A stretch of DNA of 26,494 bases from Candidatus Latescibacterota bacterium (lineage in GTDB: Bacteria; Latescibacterota; UBA2968; UBA8231). Position 1 is the first letter of the stretch. Each line of letters begins with the position of its first letter. The notes beneath the pieces are model-generated. The model searched no databases, had not been told where the DNA came from, and saw nothing but the letters and a program-made list of their open reading frames with translations. The position numbers and the translations under genes are program-made. This document shows, in pieces, positions 25,407 through 26,494 of the stretch. The DNA lies in NCBI GenBank assembly GCA_965205655.1, contig CBDBIJ010000072.1, forward strand, positions 1 through 26,494, read 5' to 3'.

Positions 25407-26321
25407 TCAAAGCGCCGCTGTGGGCAGGATCACATTGAGCGCCCCTGGTCTCGCCGTCAGCGTGCACGGCGTCGCGGCCAGGAACTCGCCGTCGGCATGC
25501 AGCTCGCGTGCCAGCGGCCCAATTGCCTCGATCGTGACCCAGGCTGATCGTTCGATGCGAACCGCGGGATGCCCCACATGACCGCCGGAGAAAATACGAG
25601 TCAGCAGGCGCAAGACCGTCCAGGATGAGACGTGACGCACGATGCAGACGTCGAGTTTTCCGTCGCGGGGATCCGCCTGCGGCGCGATGCGCATGCCGCC
25701 GCCGTAGCTGCGAGTGTTGGCGGTCGCCACCAGCAGCACGTCCTCATCGATGGTGCCGAATTCACCAGATACCCGGACGTGCGAAGGCCGGTAGCGACGC
25801 AAATGCCTGAGAGTGGCGTAGATGTAGCCGGCTGTTCCTGACAGAGGCGCTGGCTGGTTGCGGGCGAGTTGACTGACCTCAGCGTCGAAGCCGCAGGCGG
25901 CGACGGTGCAGAACAGGCGTCGCGCGTGAGCGCCGTCGTCGATCCCGGCCAGGTCGACGGCAGAGACCCTGCCGCGCAGGAGCGTCTGTATGGCCGCGTC
26001 GACGGCGAGCGGGATTCCCAGCGCCAGCGCCAGATCGTTGCAGCTCCCACAGGGCAGCAGACCGAGGGGAATATCGGTTTCCGCCAGAGTGGGCAGCACC
26101 TCGTTGATGGTGCCGTCGCCTCCGCAGACGACGACGCGGCCGGCTCCCTGGCCGATGGCTTGTTCGCCGAGTCGAGTCGCGTCGCCGCGACAGGCGGTCA
26201 GCTCGACGCGGGCGCGCTGACCGGCCTGTTCCAGTGCCCCGGCAGCCCGCTTAGCCGCCCTGTGCGCCCGGCCGCCGCCGGCCAGCGGGTTGGCGATCAG
26301 CAACCATTCAGTTTTGAACAT
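25407..26321 (-). CDS. Diacylglycerol/lipid kinase family protein (YegS/DgkB-like)
   Basis: IANPLAGGG, CGGDGTINEV, LPCGSCNDLA, GFDAEV, SYGGGM, DGKLDV, ADGE. Start ATG 26321 (GTG 26348 possible). Confidence 0.92.
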   Translation of the reverse strand: MFKTEWLLIANPLAGGGRAHRAAKRAAGALEQAGQRARVELTACRGDATRLGEQAIGQGAGRVVVCGGDGTINEVLPTLAETDIPLGLLPCGSCNDLALALGIPLAVDAAIQTLLRGRVSAVDLAGIDDGAHARRLFCTVAACGFDAEVSQLARNQPAPLSGTAGYIYATLRHLRRYRPSHVRVSGEFGTIDEDVLLVATANTRSYGGGMRIAPQADPRDGKLDVCIVRHVSSWTVLRLLTRIFSGGHVGHPAVRIERSAWVTIEAIGPLARELHADGEFLAATPCTLTARPGALNVILPTAAL

Positions 26322-26494
26322 GCCTCTGATTTCATTACTTTTGATCACGCGGGTGTCAAGGTACCACTCGTGTCCGGTCGCAGAGGCGCCTCGGCGGCCG
26401 AATTTTGTCAACATATCTCTGCGACAGGACACTAGCGAATCGAGCTTGTAAATGACAGATCCCGAAAACGAGAAAAGGCAAGATCACGGCACCG

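Noticed and set aside
26322..26494. Two perfect TTGACA hexamers on the minus strand upstream of the lipid kinase
   Set aside because: Neither has a convincing -10 at 16-18 nt spacing.
1..26494. CRISPR arrays, tRNA/rRNA, prophage or defence genes
   Set aside because: None detected by reading; no regularly spaced repeats or diagnostic motifs.

Overview
A GC-rich bacterial window, mostly housekeeping and envelope genes. Lipoproteins, an MCE system and an outer-membrane barrel imply a diderm; the taxon cannot be determined from sequence alone. Left to right: a large CPBP/CAAX membrane protease running off the left edge (absent from the ORF track), a DUF72 gene, a minus-strand operon (PL26/PcRGLX-like protein, membrane-anchored degenerate cyclase-like protein, small coiled-coil membrane protein, nadC), a GT3-like glycogen synthase, and a single-domain response regulator. 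Next is a complete 1429-bp IS256-family element with an 8-bp target duplication, inserted in the last codons of a PKD-repeat/FGE-domain lipoprotein gene. Then come a plus-strand operon (frameshifted helical-repeat protein, DUF4384 lipoprotein, cysteine desulfurase) and a long minus-strand run (DAG-kinase-family gene, MlaD/MCE, PqiC-like lipoprotein, unannotated outer-membrane beta-barrel, STAS-MlaE, MlaF, folA, aspC). The best novelty candidate is the MCE transporter with a dedicated beta-barrel and a structured, possibly bistable leader. Others are the pseudo-cyclase pair, the frameshifted repeat-protein operon and the IS-rewritten C-terminus. All family calls come from motif recognition by eye; no searches were run.
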